Shown: piece after piece, positions 18,702 through 29,575 of the stretch
Numbering within the stretch: position 1 is the first letter of the stretch
Layout: each line of letters starts with the position of its first letter
From: an uncultured Mycoplasmatota bacterium
GTDB taxonomy: Bacteria > Bacillota_I > Bacilli_A > RF39 > UBA660
Direction: 5' to 3'
NCBI GenBank assembly: GCA_947574255.1
Contig: CANPJT010000001.1
Location: 4,554 to 68,553 of the forward strand
Length of the DNA stretch: 64,000 nt
Notes under the pieces: model-generated
The model's input: only the letters and a program-made list of their open reading frames with translations
Told to the model about the DNA's origin: nothing
Database searches by the model: none
Made by a program: the position numbers and the translations under genes

Positions 18702-19344
18702 TTATAATATTTGTTATTTCTTTTATTATTTCTGAATTATCTTGATTTGCATTTATTGAACTTATTATACCTTTATTTTTATAAAAGTTGATAACTGGTA
18801 GAGTGATGTTAATATATGTTTGATATCTGCTTTCAAAAACTTCTAAAGAATCATCTTTTCTAATAATTAAATCTTTATGACAATTATTACATTTATTTTC
18901 TTCTTGAGGTTTATACTTATCAAAATAAACATTATAACTTAATCTACAATCATTACATAATCTTCTACCAGTTGCTCTTTTCTTTAAAGCCTCTACATTT
19001 ATTTCCATGTTAATAACTATATAATTATCAACACTTAATTCTTTAAATACTTGTTCAATATATTCTGCTTGTTCAATATTTCTTGGAATTCCATCTAAGA
19101 TAAATGGTTTATTTTTTATTTTTTGTAATTCTTGTTTAATTATTTCTAAAACAAGTTCATCGCTTACGAATATACCATTATTAATTAAAGAGGCAATGTG
19201 TTTGCCTAATTCTGTTTCTTCTTTAGAAACTTTTCTTAGTAATTCTCCAGTCGATATGTGAATATAATTAAAGTTATCAACTAAATATTTACTTATGGTT
19301 CCTTTGCCAGCGGCAGGAGGAGCGATAAAGATGATGTTTTTCAT
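18682..19344 (-). CDS. adk: Adenylate kinase
   Basis: GAPGAGKGT-type P-loop (PPAAGKGT) and a zinc-finger lid (CNDC...CNNC). Confidence 0.9.
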   Translation of the reverse strand: MKNIIFIAPPAAGKGTISKYLVDNFNYIHISTGELLRKVSKEETELGKHIASLINNGIFVSDELVLEIIKQELQKIKNKPFILDGIPRNIEQAEYIEQVFKELSVDNYIVINMEINVEALKKRATGRRLCNDCRLSYNVYFDKYKPQEENKCNNCHKDLIIRKDDSLEVFESRYQTYINITLPVINFYKNKGIISSINANQDNSEIIKEITNIIIGEFND

Positions 19345-20603
19345 CTAGTACGTCTCCTTTTTTTGTAACTTCTGGATACTAATCCACTTTCTATTTGTTT
19401 ATAAGTTTCAATAGCAACGCCAACAACGATTAAGATACCAGTTCCACCTATTGTAACTGAACTTGGTAAACTTGATACATTGGCTATTAAAATTGGAAGT
19501 CCAGATAATATTACTAAAAATATTGAGCCAACTATTGTTAATTTTCCAATAGAATTACTAATATATTTACTGGTATCATTACCTGGTCTTACTCCTGGAA
19601 TATATCCACCACGTTTATTTAAATCTTTACTCATTTCTTCTGGATTCATCATCATATAAGTATATACATAACCAAAAAACATTATTAATATTACATAAAG
19701 TAAAAAGCCCGTTGGAGTAGTATAAACTATATATTTATTAATGAATTCTGTTGCTCCATTATTCTTTATTAATCCTGCTATTGTTGAAGGAATAGTAAGA
19801 ACTATTGAAGCAAATATGATAGGAATTACTCCAGCACTATTAATTTTTATTGGTAAAAATGAACTTTGAGCTCCATATGCACTAGTTGTATGATTAGCAT
19901 ATTGAATTGGAATTCTTCTTTCAGCTAACGTTACCCAAATTATTCCTACTAACACAACTAAGTATATTATTATAAATAATGCAAACAAGGATATTCCTAT
20001 TCCCATATTATATGTTCCAGAGGAAATAAAACTTTGAAATGCACCAGTAAATATACTCGGCATACTTTGAATTATACCAGCCATTATAAGTAAAGATGAT
20101 CCATTACCTATACCTTTTTTAGTAATTTGATCTCCTAACCATAATAAAAATGAAGTACCAGCTGTCATAACAAGAGATGTTTTTATCATTACCATAACAT
20201 CGTTAGTATTTAAATAAAATATTGATATTACATATGCTTGAACAAAAGCAAATATAATAGCTAAATATCGATTAATTTTTTGAATTTTTTGTCTTCCAAC
20301 GTATCCTTGTTCCTTTAATTCTTTAAAGTAAGGAATTATATCCATTTGAAGTAATTGAGTAATTATTGATGCAGTTATATAGGGACTAACTCCTAAAGCA
20401 AATATTGAAAAACTTTTAAGTCCTCCACCACTCATTAAGTTAAATATTTCTAAAAATCCTAATTCTTCATATAAAACACTTGCCCACGGAATAGTTATTC
20501 CTGAACCTAGGCAAAATATTCCTAAAGCAAAAAGGGTGAAGTATATTCTTTTTCTTAAGTCTTTGTTTTCACTTGCAAATAATTTTGCAACCCAATGAAA
20601 CAT
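19341..20603 (-). CDS. secY: Preprotein translocase subunit SecY
   Basis: 420 aa, 10 TM, conserved SecY. Confidence 0.95.
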   Translation of the reverse strand: MFHWVAKLFASENKDLRKRIYFTLFALGIFCLGSGITIPWASVLYEELGFLEIFNLMSGGGLKSFSIFALGVSPYITASIITQLLQMDIIPYFKELKEQGYVGRQKIQKINRYLAIIFAFVQAYVISIFYLNTNDVMVMIKTSLVMTAGTSFLLWLGDQITKKGIGNGSSLLIMAGIIQSMPSIFTGAFQSFISSGTYNMGIGISLFALFIIIYLVVLVGIIWVTLAERRIPIQYANHTTSAYGAQSSFLPIKINSAGVIPIIFASIVLTIPSTIAGLIKNNGATEFINKYIVYTTPTGFLLYVILIMFFGYVYTYMMMNPEEMSKDLNKRGGYIPGVRPGNDTSKYISNSIGKLTIVGSIFLVILSGLPILIANVSSLPSSVTIGGTGILIVVGVAIETYKQIESGLVSRSYKKRRRTR

Positions 20604-21047
20604 CTAAATCACCTCAGTTTTACCACCAGCAGCTTCAATAGCAGTAACAGATGCACTAGAAAAACGATTTGCTTTAACAGTCAATTTTTTTTCTAATTTA
20701 CCATTTGCTAAAACTTTTATTCCGCTTAATTGTTTTTTTATAATTCCTCTTTCTTTTAAGATTTCTGGGGTAACTTCATCGCCATCTTGAAAAAATTTAT
20801 TTAAATCACTTAAATTTATGCAAGCATATTTAGTTTCAAATCTTTTATTATTGAAACCTCTTTTAGGTAATCTTCTATATAAAGGAGATTGACCCCCTTG
20901 AAACCAAGCTGAAATGCTAGCACCACTTCTTGATTTTTGACCTTTTTGACCATGAGTTGAAGTTTTGCCCATTCCGGTACCAGTTCCACGTCCAACAATT
21001 TTTCTTGCTTTTGTTTCTTTACTTTTTGGTAAACTTTCTAACTTCAT
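20604..21047 (-). CDS. rplO: 50S ribosomal protein L15
   Basis: Conserved L15. It directly abuts rpsE with no rpmD (L30) gene between them. Confidence 0.95.
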   Translation of the reverse strand: MKLESLPKSKETKARKIVGRGTGTGMGKTSTHGQKGQKSRSGASISAWFQGGQSPLYRRLPKRGFNNKRFETKYACINLSDLNKFFQDGDEVTPEILKERGIIKKQLSGIKVLANGKLEKKLTVKANRFSSASVTAIEAAGGKTEVI

Positions 21048-21048
21048 A

Positions 21049-21567
21049 TTATAACTCCTCTACTTTCTTACCGCGAAGAGCTGCTATTTTCGCTGGAGTT
21101 CTTTCACTTTTTAATGCTTCTAACGTAGCTTTAGCGACATTAATTTTAGTATTAGACCCTAAAGATTTTGAAATAACATCTTTGATTCCAGCAAGTTCTA
21201 ATACAGCACGCGCTGCTCCACCTGCGATAACACCAGTACCTTTTACAGCAGGTTTAATTAAAACATTTGCTCTTCCAACTTTTCCAATAGCTTCATGAGG
21301 AATTGTTCTTCCATCGATAATTGCAACTTTTGTAACATTTTTATTAGCCATCATACTAGCTTTAGCTATTGCGGCTGGAACTTCATTAGCTTTTCCAGTT
21401 CCTATTCCAACTAGACCTTTACGATTCCCAACAACCACAGTAGCTGAAAATCTGAAATGTCTACCTCCTTTTGTAACTTTTGTTACACGTCCAATAGAAA
21501 TTACTTTTTCTTCTAAAAGTTTTTTTCTTGAATCTTTAAATTGTTTTTCTTTACTATTTTTTTGCAT
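21049..21567 (-). CDS. rpsE: 30S ribosomal protein S5
   Basis: Conserved S5. Confidence 0.95.
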   Translation of the reverse strand: MQKNSKEKQFKDSRKKLLEEKVISIGRVTKVTKGGRHFRFSATVVVGNRKGLVGIGTGKANEVPAAIAKASMMANKNVTKVAIIDGRTIPHEAIGKVGRANVLIKPAVKGTGVIAGGAARAVLELAGIKDVISKSLGSNTKINVAKATLEALKSERTPAKIAALRGKKVEEL

Positions 21568-21576
21568 GATGACCTC

Positions 21577-21933
21577 CTAGAAATCTAATCCGTTTTCACG
21601 AGCAGATGTAGCTAATGCTTTTACTCGACCATGATAAAGATTTCCACCTCTATCAAAAACGACCTTTTTAATTTTTAATTTGTTACATTTTTCTGCAATA
21701 TCTTTTCCTACAGCAGTAGCTGCTTCAATATTACCACCATTTTTTAATTTTAATGCAACCGATGATGAACATGTTAATGTTACTCCTTTAGTATCATCGA
21801 TTACTTGAACATATATTCCATTATTTGATCTAAAAACGTTTAGTCTTGGACATTCAGCAGTTCCGCTTAATGACGCTCTTATACGTGCATGTCTTCTTTT
21901 ACGCATATCATTACTTGATTCTTTTTTTATCAT
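21577..21933 (-). CDS. rplR: 50S ribosomal protein L18
   Basis: Conserved L18. Confidence 0.95.
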   Translation of the reverse strand: MIKKESSNDMRKRRHARIRASLSGTAECPRLNVFRSNNGIYVQVIDDTKGVTLTCSSSVALKLKNGGNIEAATAVGKDIAEKCNKLKIKKVVFDRGGNLYHGRVKALATSARENGLDF

Positions 21934-21949
21934 CTACATATCCCTCCCA

Positions 21950-22486
21950 TTAAGCTGCTTTCTTTCCTTCTTTACGACGAACATATTCATTTTTATAACG
22001 AATTCCTTTTCCTTTATAAGGTTCAGGTTCTCTAATTTTACGAATATTAGCCGCAAATTCAGTTACTTTTTGTTTATCTATTCCACTTATATTTATTTCA
22101 GTATTATTTATTAGCTCTGCTTTTAATCCATCTGGAACGATTACTTCAATAGGATGTGAATAACCAGCATTCACAATTATTTTTGTACCTTGAACATTGA
22201 ATTTGTATCCAACACCAACCGCTTCTAAACCTTTATTAAAGCCTTCTGATACACCAATTAACATATTGTTTATAAGAGAATTTGTTGTTCCTTGCATTAT
22301 ATTTGATTCACGAGTTAGTTTTTTTACTGTAGTTTTTAAAATATTATTTTCAACTTCTACATTAATTAAACTAGAAATCTTTAATGATAATTCTCCTTTG
22401 GGACCTTTTACTGTTACTAAATCTTCATTCGTTGTAACTGTAATACCTTCTGGTATTACTAAATTTCTATTACCAATTCTACTCAT
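21950..22486 (-). CDS. rplF: 50S ribosomal protein L6
   Basis: Conserved L6. Confidence 0.95.
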   Translation of the reverse strand: MSRIGNRNLVIPEGITVTTNEDLVTVKGPKGELSLKISSLINVEVENNILKTTVKKLTRESNIMQGTTNSLINNMLIGVSEGFNKGLEAVGVGYKFNVQGTKIIVNAGYSHPIEVIVPDGLKAELINNTEINISGIDKQKVTEFAANIRKIREPEPYKGKGIRYKNEYVRRKEGKKAA

Positions 22487-22498
22487 AAGATGTTTTCC

Positions 22499-22894
22499 TT
22501 ACCAAATATAGGCAAGTACTTCACCTCCAAGTCTATTATTTCTTGCTTCTTTATCAGTCATAAGTCCTTTACTTGTAGAAATAATTGCAATACCAAGCCC
22601 GTTTAATACACGAGGAATTTCATCAGCGGCAGCATATACACGAAGTCCTGATTTACTAATTCTTTTAAGACCTGTAATTACTCTTTCTTTTTTATCTCCA
22701 TATTTTAAAGTTAATGTTAATTTATCACCTTTAATATCTTTTTCATAACTATAATCAGATATATATCCTTCACTTTTAAGAATTTTAGCAATTCCTAAAG
22801 TCATTTTAGTTCCTATAACAGTAACTGTATCATATTTTAAACCATTTGCATTACGTATTCTTGTAAGCATATCTGCGATTTTATCTTGTACCAT
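22499..22894 (-). CDS. rpsH: 30S ribosomal protein S8
   Basis: Conserved S8. Confidence 0.95.
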   Translation of the reverse strand: MVQDKIADMLTRIRNANGLKYDTVTVIGTKMTLGIAKILKSEGYISDYSYEKDIKGDKLTLTLKYGDKKERVITGLKRISKSGLRVYAAADEIPRVLNGLGIAIISTSKGLMTDKEARNNRLGGEVLAYIW

Positions 22895-22911
22895 TTAAAA
22901 TTCCTCCTTTC

Positions 22912-23097
22912 TTACCAACTTGATTTCTTAACACCAGGAATTTGACCCTTATTCGCTAATTCTCTAAAACATATACGACATAATTTATATTTACGTAAGA
23001 CGCCATGTGGTCGCCCACATCTTTCGCAACGAGTGTATGCACGAACGCTAAATTTTGGTGTTCTTTGTTGTTTTACTTTTAAACTTGTTTTTGCCAT
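22912..23097 (-). CDS. rpsN: 30S ribosomal protein S14 type Z (zinc-binding, 61 aa)
   Basis: CERCGR...CRIC zinc motif. Confidence 0.95.
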   Translation of the reverse strand: MAKTSLKVKQQRTPKFSVRAYTRCERCGRPHGVLRKYKLCRICFRELANKGQIPGVKKSSW

Positions 23098-23108
23098 ATG
23101 TTCACTCC

Positions 23109-23657
23109 TTAATTTCTAAAGGGCATTCCAAATGCTCTTAATAAACTTTCTGCTTCTTTATTTGATTCTGCTGTTGTAACAAATACGATGTCCATTCCTC
23201 TTATTTTTAGAACATTATCATATTCTATTTCTGGAAAGATTAATTGTTCTTTAATTCCTAAAGTATAATTCCCATGTCCATCAAATGAATGATTAGAAAT
23301 TCCTCGAAAATCTCTTACACGTGGTAATGCCACTTTTATTAATTTTTCCATAAAATTATACATATTTTCATTACGTAATGTTACTTTTACTCCAATTGTT
23401 TGTCCTTCTCTTAATTTAAATCCCGCAATAGATTTACGAGCTTTTGTAACAACTGGTTTTTGTCCTGTAATTATTTCTAAATCTTTTAGTGCTGCTTCGA
23501 TAAATTTTTCTTCACGGGCACCTTCTCCAATTCCCATGTTAATTACAATCTTTTCTAAACGAGGAACTTGCATTACTGTCTTATACTTATGTTCACCCAT
23601 TAATGAGTTAATGATTTCTTTATTATATAATTCTTTTAATGTACTCATAATACTCAC
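23109..23657 (-). CDS. rplE: 50S ribosomal protein L5
   Basis: Conserved L5. Confidence 0.95.
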   Translation of the reverse strand: MSIMSTLKELYNKEIINSLMGEHKYKTVMQVPRLEKIVINMGIGEGAREEKFIEAALKDLEIITGQKPVVTKARKSIAGFKLREGQTIGVKVTLRNENMYNFMEKLIKVALPRVRDFRGISNHSFDGHGNYTLGIKEQLIFPEIEYDNVLKIRGMDIVFVTTAESNKEAESLLRAFGMPFRN

Positions 23658-23930
23658 CTACTCATCTTTCTTATCTTCTTTTTTAGAAGCTTTCTTTGTA
23701 TTAGTTTTCTTATCATCTATTTTTTTTACATTTGATACATGAATAGGAGCTGACATTTCAATTATTCCTCCATTATCATTACCATTTTGAGGTTTTTGGT
23801 GTTTTTTTACAATGTTTATGCCATCAACAATAACTTTGTCAACTTTTTTTAAGGTTTTTGTTACATTACCAGTTTTACCTTTGTCTTTTCCAGCTATTAT
23901 TTTTACATTGTCTCCAACTTTTATTTTCAT
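23658..23930 (-). CDS. rplX: 50S ribosomal protein L24 (K-rich C-terminal tail)
   Basis: KOW motif [16 protein letters not shown]. Confidence 0.9.
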   Translation of the reverse strand: MKIKVGDNVKIIAGKDKGKTGNVTKTLKKVDKVIVDGINIVKKHQKPQNGNDNGGIIEMSAPIHVSNVKKIDDKKTNTKKASKKEDKKDE

Positions 23931-23941
23931 CTAGTTACCTC

Positions 23942-24310
23942 CTATAAAACTTCTGGAGCTAAAGAAACAATTTTATTAAATTCTTTTTCTCTTAATTCTC
24001 TAGCAACAGGTCCTAAAACTCTAGTTCCAACTGGAGTTTTGTCATCTTTAATAATTACACAAGCATTGTCATCAAATTTGATGAAAGATCCATCTTTTCT
24101 TTTAACACCTTTAACACTTCTAACAATTACAGCTTTTACAACTTTTCCTTTTTTTAATCCTGAATTAGGAATAGCTTTTTTTACAGTTCCTACAACGATG
24201 TCCCCAATATTACCATATTTTCTTTTTGATCCACCAAGTACACGAATTACTAATAATTCTCTAGCCCCAGTATTATCTGCTACTTTTAATCTTGTTTCTT
24301 GTTGTACCAT
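23942..24310 (-). CDS. rplN: 50S ribosomal protein L14
   Basis: Conserved L14. Confidence 0.95.
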   Translation of the reverse strand: MVQQETRLKVADNTGARELLVIRVLGGSKRKYGNIGDIVVGTVKKAIPNSGLKKGKVVKAVIVRSVKGVKRKDGSFIKFDDNACVIIKDDKTPVGTRVLGPVARELREKEFNKIVSLAPEVL

Positions 24311-24321
24311 AAAAATACCTC

Positions 24322-24576
24322 CTATAGAATTACAGCTTCAATTAGAACTTCAACAAGTTCATATCTTTTAGTTTTAGATAATGGTCTTGTACTTCTAATT
24401 CTTACTGTATCTCCTTCTTTAGCTTTATTAGTTTCATCATGAGCTGTATATTTTTTAGATGATTTTACTCTCTTTTTATATAATGGGTGGCTTTTGTAAG
24501 TTTCAACTAGCACAGTAATAGTTTTGTCATTTTTACTACTCACAACTTTTCCAACTAATTCTTGTCTTTTTTCCAT
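24322..24576 (-). CDS. rpsQ: 30S ribosomal protein S17
   Basis: Conserved S17. Confidence 0.95.
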   Translation of the reverse strand: MEKRQELVGKVVSSKNDKTITVLVETYKSHPLYKKRVKSSKKYTAHDETNKAKEGDTVRIRSTRPLSKTKRYELVEVLIEAVIL

Positions 24577-24797
24577 TATTCATTACCTCCTGTGCTATCG
24601 TTTTCTCTTTCTTTTAGAATTGTCAACATTCTGGCAACGTCTTTTTTTAATTCTTTAATTTTTGAAGGTTTATCAAGTGTACCAGTTGCATTCTTAATTC
24701 TTAAGTTTAATAATTCTTTTTTAGATTCATTTACTTTTTCTTGAATTTCTGAAGATTTTAATTTTCTAATTTCATTAGCTTCCACTTGTAACACCAT
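24576..24797 (-). CDS. rpmC: 50S ribosomal protein L29
   Basis: Conserved L29. Confidence 0.9.
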   Translation of the reverse strand: MVLQVEANEIRKLKSSEIQEKVNESKKELLNLRIKNATGTLDKPSKIKELKKDVARMLTILKERENDSTGGNE

Positions 24798-25209
24798 CCT
24801 TTTTTACAAATTTGGTTTTAACTGGTAGTTTATGAGAAGCAAGTCTTAATGCCTCACGTGCTATTTCTTCTGTTACTCCACTAATTTCAAACATTATTTT
24901 TCCTTCTTTAACTACAGCTACCCATTCTTCAACGTTACCTTTTCCTTTACCTTGACGAGTTTCTAATGGTTTTTTAGTAATTGCAAGATGAGGAAAAATA
25001 TTTATAAAAACTTTTCCACCACGTTTCATATAACGAGTCATAGCAATACGAGCGGCTTCGATTTGACGAGCAGTAATCCAATTGCCTTCTTTGGCCATTA
25101 AACCAAATTCACCAAAATGTAATTCTGTATTACCTTTAGCATGACCATCATAAGTTAGACGATGTGGTTTTCTATATTTAGTTCTTTTTGGCATTAACAT
25201 TCTCGTCAC
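24775..25209 (-). CDS. rplP: 50S ribosomal protein L16
   Basis: Conserved L16. Confidence 0.95.
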   Translation of the reverse strand: MTRMLMPKRTKYRKPHRLTYDGHAKGNTELHFGEFGLMAKEGNWITARQIEAARIAMTRYMKRGGKVFINIFPHLAITKKPLETRQGKGKGNVEEWVAVVKEGKIMFEISGVTEEIAREALRLASHKLPVKTKFVKKDGVTSGS

Positions 25210-25858
25210 TCTCCTTATTTACTTTTTTGCTAGGAAGAATTTCGCCTTTGTAAATCCAAACTTTTACTCCAATTTTTCCATAAGTAGTATCTGCTTCACT
25301 ATGAGCATAATCAATATCTGCTCTTAAAGTATGAAGAGGTACTGTTCCCTCAGTATATCCCTCAGTTCTTGCCATTTCAGCACCACCAAGACGACCAGAT
25401 ACCGCGGTCTTAATTCCCTTTGCTCCAGCTTTCATAGTATTTCTAAGTGCTCTTTTTTGTGCACTTCTAAATGGAGCACGATTTTCAATTTGAGCTGCAA
25501 TGTTATCTGCAACAAGTTTAGCAACTAAATCTGGATTTTTTACTTCTACAATTGATATGTAAACTTCTTCTCCAACATATTTAGATAAACTCTTACGTAA
25601 ACGTTCAATATCTTCTCCGCCTCGCCCAATAATTACTCCTGGTTTAGCAGTATTGATTGTTACTTCACATTTATCATTTTTTCTTTCAATAATAACTGAG
25701 GCAATGGCAGCATCTTTTAATTTTTTTGAAATAAATTTTCGGATTTTTATATCTTTATTTAGAATACTACCAAAATCTTTTTTATTGGCATACCAATTTG
25801 ATTCCCAAGTTTTATTAACTCCAAGTCTATATCCGATTGGATTAACCTTTTGTCCCAT
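25178..25858 (-). CDS. rpsC: 30S ribosomal protein S3
   Basis: Conserved S3 with a KH domain. Confidence 0.95.
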   Translation of the reverse strand: MGQKVNPIGYRLGVNKTWESNWYANKKDFGSILNKDIKIRKFISKKLKDAAIASVIIERKNDKCEVTINTAKPGVIIGRGGEDIERLRKSLSKYVGEEVYISIVEVKNPDLVAKLVADNIAAQIENRAPFRSAQKRALRNTMKAGAKGIKTAVSGRLGGAEMARTEGYTEGTVPLHTLRADIDYAHSEADTTYGKIGVKVWIYKGEILPSKKVNKESDENVNAKKN

Positions 25859-26203
25859 CTAATTTGCCTCCTTACCATCACTTACTTTTACAGTAATATG
25901 ACTTGTTCTTTTATCTCTTCTATCAACATTTCCACGACTTGCAAATTTTATTCTTTTATATACAGGTCCTGGGTTAATGAAACATTCACTTATAAATAGA
26001 TCTGATTCGTTAGCACCGTTATTATTAACAGCATTAGCAACCGCACTTTTTAATACTTTAATGATTAAGCGACTAGCTTTTGTATTAGTATTTTGTAAAA
26101 TACCTTCAGCAGTAGCCACATCTTTTCCTCTTATAAGGTCAAGTGTCATTCTAGCTTTTCTAGGTGCAATCATTGCACTTTTATGTATTGCATAACTTTC
26201 CAT
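25859..26203 (-). CDS. rplV: 50S ribosomal protein L22
   Basis: Conserved L22. Confidence 0.95.
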   Translation of the reverse strand: MESYAIHKSAMIAPRKARMTLDLIRGKDVATAEGILQNTNTKASRLIIKVLKSAVANAVNNNGANESDLFISECFINPGPVYKRIKFASRGNVDRRDKRTSHITVKVSDGKEAN

Positions 26204-26214
26204 TCATTAACCTC

Positions 26215-26478
26215 CTACTTTTGTCCTGCATGTCCGCCAAATTTACGAGTTGCAGCGAACTCTCCTAATTTATGACCTACCATTTCTTCTGTAACATAAA
26301 CGGGAATAAAATCTTTACCGTTATGAACAGCAAATGTATGTCCTACGAAATCAGGGAATATTGTTGAACGACGAGAATATGTTTTTATTACTTCTTTTTT
26401 ATTAGATTTATTTAATTCTTGTACTTTTTTTAATAATCTATCAAAAACATAAGGACCTTTTTTTAAACTTCTTGCCAT
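26215..26478 (-). CDS. rpsS: 30S ribosomal protein S19
   Basis: Conserved S19. Confidence 0.95.
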   Translation of the reverse strand: MARSLKKGPYVFDRLLKKVQELNKSNKKEVIKTYSRRSTIFPDFVGHTFAVHNGKDFIPVYVTEEMVGHKLGEFAATRKFGGHAGQK

Positions 26479-26487
26479 AATATCCTC

Positions 26488-27318
26488 CTACTTTTTCTTT
26501 CTACTAACAATAAGTTTGTTAGAAGCTTTTTTATTTTTTCTTGTCTTAAATCCAAGCGCTGGTTTACCCCAAGGTGTAACTGGTGTTTTACGACCAATTG
26601 GAGCACGTCCTTCACCTCCACCATGAGGGTGATCATTAGGGTTCATAACAGAACCACGATTAGTAGGTTTAATGCCCATATGTCTTTTTCTTCCAGCTTT
26701 TCCAATGTTTACTAATTCGTAATCTTCATTCCCAACAACACCAATTGTAGCTATACAAGTTCCTAGTATTTTTCTAGTTTCACCAGATTGAAGTCTTACT
26801 AAAACATATTTCCCTTCACGTCCTAGTATTTGAGCTGAAGCCCCTGCACTACGACAGATTTCAGCACCTTTTCCTGGTTTTAATTCAATACAATGGATTA
26901 CAGTACCTACAGGTATATTTTGAAGAGGCAAAGCATTACCAACTTTTATATCAGCATTCTCACCACTTTCAATAATACTACCAACGATTAAATCTTTTGG
27001 AGCAATAATATATCTTTTTTCTCCATCTTTATAATTTATTAGAGCGATGTTGGCACTACGATTTGGATCATATTCAATAGTTGCAACACGTCCTGGAACA
27101 CCAATTTTATTTCTTTTAAAATCAATAATACGATATTTTTGTTTAGCTCCTCCACCAATATGGCGAACTGTTAATTTACCTTGGTTATTTCTACCACCAG
27201 TTTTAGTTTTTTTAACAGTTAAAGCTTTTAAAGGAGCTTTAGCAGTTATTTCTGTATTTGCAAGTGTAGTCATTCCCCTACGACCATTAGTCACAGGCTT
27301 ATATTTCTTAATTGCCAT
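26488..27318 (-). CDS. rplB: 50S ribosomal protein L2
   Basis: Conserved L2. Confidence 0.95.
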   Translation of the reverse strand: MAIKKYKPVTNGRRGMTTLANTEITAKAPLKALTVKKTKTGGRNNQGKLTVRHIGGGAKQKYRIIDFKRNKIGVPGRVATIEYDPNRSANIALINYKDGEKRYIIAPKDLIVGSIIESGENADIKVGNALPLQNIPVGTVIHCIELKPGKGAEICRSAGASAQILGREGKYVLVRLQSGETRKILGTCIATIGVVGNEDYELVNIGKAGRKRHMGIKPTNRGSVMNPNDHPHGGGEGRAPIGRKTPVTPWGKPALGFKTRKNKKASNKLIVSRKKK

Positions 27319-27333
27319 AAGTTACCTCCTTTA

Positions 27334-27606
27334 TTAAACTTCAATCGTTTCGCCACTTTTTAGCGTTACGATTGCTTTCTTATAGACTTTAGTTTTACCA
27401 GTATATTTTCCAACTCTTCTATCTTTTGGCTTTGTATTTAATGTATTAATTTTAATTACATGAACACCAAAATGATTTTCAATCGTTTTTTTAATTTGAG
27501 TTTTAGTTGCATTTTTAGCTACTTTAAAAGTATAAATACCATTTTGACTATTCAATGCACTTTTTTCAGTAACAACTGGTGCAATTATAATATCGGGGTT
27601 AGTCAT
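27334..27606 (-). CDS. rplW: 50S ribosomal protein L23
   Basis: Conserved L23. Confidence 0.95.
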   Translation of the reverse strand: MTNPDIIIAPVVTEKSALNSQNGIYTFKVAKNATKTQIKKTIENHFGVHVIKINTLNTKPKDRRVGKYTGKTKVYKKAIVTLKSGETIEV

Positions 27607-28228
27607 TTTTTAATACCTCCTCAATGTAATTAATTGCTGCTTCATCACAAACTACATAATCAGCATTTACAATATCATAACAATTAATTTCATCAGCTAG
27701 TATTGCATATGTGTAACCTAAATTTCTTGTTGCCATATATAGGTTTTCACAGTCTTCTTTAGTTACAAATAATACCTTACCATTTATTTTTAATGTTTCT
27801 AATAAATTTTTAACTTCTTTTGTTTTTAATGTACTTAGATTCAAGTTATCTACAGCAATTATCGCTTTATCTTGAAGTTTGTAACTTAAAGCACTTTTAA
27901 GCGCTAAAACTCTTTCTTTGCGATTTATTTTAAAAGTGTAATCTCTTGGTTGAACTCCAAGAGCTACTCCTCCGCCACGCCAAATTGGTGAACGATTTGA
28001 TCCAGCTCTTGCACGTCCTGTACCTTTTTGTTTCCACGGTTTTCTTCCTCCACCTGAAACTTCACTTCTAGTTTTAGTTTTAGCTGTTCCTTGTCTTGTT
28101 GTGTTAAGTTGAAGTCTTATCATTTTTTTTAGACAATCATCATTAGTTTTAATTTTCCATATAGAATCACTTATTGTGATGTCATTTAGCTTTTCGCCTT
28201 TTATATTTTTAAGTTCTACTTTAGCCAT
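27599..28228 (-). CDS. rplD: 50S ribosomal protein L4
   Basis: Conserved L4. Confidence 0.95.
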   Translation of the reverse strand: MAKVELKNIKGEKLNDITISDSIWKIKTNDDCLKKMIRLQLNTTRQGTAKTKTRSEVSGGGRKPWKQKGTGRARAGSNRSPIWRGGGVALGVQPRDYTFKINRKERVLALKSALSYKLQDKAIIAVDNLNLSTLKTKEVKNLLETLKINGKVLFVTKEDCENLYMATRNLGYTYAILADEINCYDIVNADYVVCDEAAINYIEEVLKND

Positions 28229-28249
28229 ATTTTTCCCTCCAATAAGTGC

Positions 28250-29020
28250 CTAGTTATTTTCTACTTCTTCAGTAGCTTTTTCTTCAGTTACTGTTTCTTC
28301 TGTTCCAATATTTTCTTCTACTGTTTTTGTTACTTCTTCAACTGCATCAACTACAGTTTCTTCTTCATAAGAAATAAGTTCAATATCTTTTTTCTTACCA
28401 TTATTTTTTACAGCAGATTTAATTAAAACTAATGAATTTTTTGGTCCTGGGATATTTCCACTTACTAAAATATAATTTTCTAGAGCATTTACTTCAATAA
28501 TTTGTAAATTTTGAATTGTAATAGTAACATTTCCCATATGCCCAGGTAATTTTTTCCCTTTTAATACTCGTTTTGGTAACATAGTACCCATTGATCCAGG
28601 TCCTCTGTGATAATGAGATCCATGTCCCATTGGACCGCGATTTTGATTGTGTTTTTTAATAACACCTTGAAAACCTTTTCCCTTTGATGTACCAGTTACA
28701 TCTACAATTTCACCACTAGCAAAAACATCTGCAGATAATGTTTGACCTAGTGAATATTCTCCTTCAACATTTCTTAACTCTTTTAAGAAGCGCTTAGGTG
28801 TAGTTTTTGCTTTTTTTGCATGTCCAATGCTTTGTTTGCTTGAATTTTTTTCTTTTTTATCTACTACGCCAAGTTGAATAGCATTATATCCATCACTCTC
28901 AACAGTTTTTACTTGCATTACTGTATTTGGAGTAACACTAACAACTGTTACAGGAATTAATTTCCCATCAGTTGTAAATACTTGAGTCATTCCTACTTTG
29001 CGTCCTAAGATTCCTTTCAT
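28250..29020 (-). CDS. rplC: 50S ribosomal protein L3 (about 45-aa acidic T/E-rich C-terminal extension)
   Basis: Conserved L3 core, with a tail ...[37 protein letters not shown]. Confidence 0.9.
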   Translation of the reverse strand: MKGILGRKVGMTQVFTTDGKLIPVTVVSVTPNTVMQVKTVESDGYNAIQLGVVDKKEKNSSKQSIGHAKKAKTTPKRFLKELRNVEGEYSLGQTLSADVFASGEIVDVTGTSKGKGFQGVIKKHNQNRGPMGHGSHYHRGPGSMGTMLPKRVLKGKKLPGHMGNVTITIQNLQIIEVNALENYILVSGNIPGPKNSLVLIKSAVKNNGKKKDIELISYEEETVVDAVEEVTKTVEENIGTEETVTEEKATEEVENN

Positions 29021-29041
29021 ATAAACTTTTCCTTCCTTTAA

Positions 29042-29350
29042 TTATAATTTAATATCAATATCAACACCACTTGGTATATCTAAATGAGTCAAAGCGTCGA
29101 TGATTTCTTTACTTGGTTCTAATATATCGATTAATCTTTTATGAGTACGACTTTCAAATTGTTCTCTTGAATCTTTATATTTATGAACCGCTCTTAATAC
29201 TGTAATACGTTCAATCTCAGTTGGTAGAGGAATTGGCCCGCTAACTTTACCTCCTAGCCTTTTTACAGTCTCAACGATCTTTTTAGCAGCCAAATCTAAC
29301 GTTTTATTATCATAAGCCTTTAAATTGATACGCACTTTACTTTTTGACAT
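29042..29350 (-). CDS. rpsJ: 30S ribosomal protein S10
   Basis: Conserved S10. Confidence 0.95.
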   Translation of the reverse strand: MSKSKVRINLKAYDNKTLDLAAKKIVETVKRLGGKVSGPIPLPTEIERITVLRAVHKYKDSREQFESRTHKRLIDILEPSKEIIDALTHLDIPSGVDIDIKL

Positions 29351-29510
29351 CTTTAAATGTTCTCCTTTCGCCTATATCTAGTATAGACTAGCTCCGTACA
29401 AATTACCTGATTTAAGCGATATTTATTTAACAACATCACCTAGTGTATCAGCAACCTTGCACATCCAAGCCGTCATACAGACATCATTTTAACACTACAT
29501 TATATGAAAA
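29351..29510 (-). promoter_or_regulatory. S10-operon promoter and about 170-nt structured, GC-enriched leader (candidate r-protein autoregulatory element)
   Basis: Minus-sense perfect -10 TATAAT (plus 29499..29504). The leader has local inverted repeats (CTAGT...ACTAG, CTTG...CAAG) and a GC content well above background. Confidence 0.35.
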
Positions 29511-29546
29511 TCAAGTAGAAATTTGCCTATTTTAAAAGAAATTTGA

Positions 29547-29575
29547 AAAATAAAAAACTACATTATTTTGTAGCT
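29547..29575 (-). terminator. Putative intrinsic terminator after gpmI
   Basis: Minus-sense AGCUACA-aaauaa-UGUAGUU followed by a UUUUUUAUUUUU tract. Confidence 0.4.

Noticed and set aside
20930-27337. Several plus-strand ORFs of 60-120 aa antisense to ribosomal protein genes (e.g. 20930..21298, 22197..22511, 24039..24371, 25977..26195, 27047..27337)
   Set aside because: They lie entirely inside highly conserved minus-strand genes. No homology or signals. Typical shadow ORFs.
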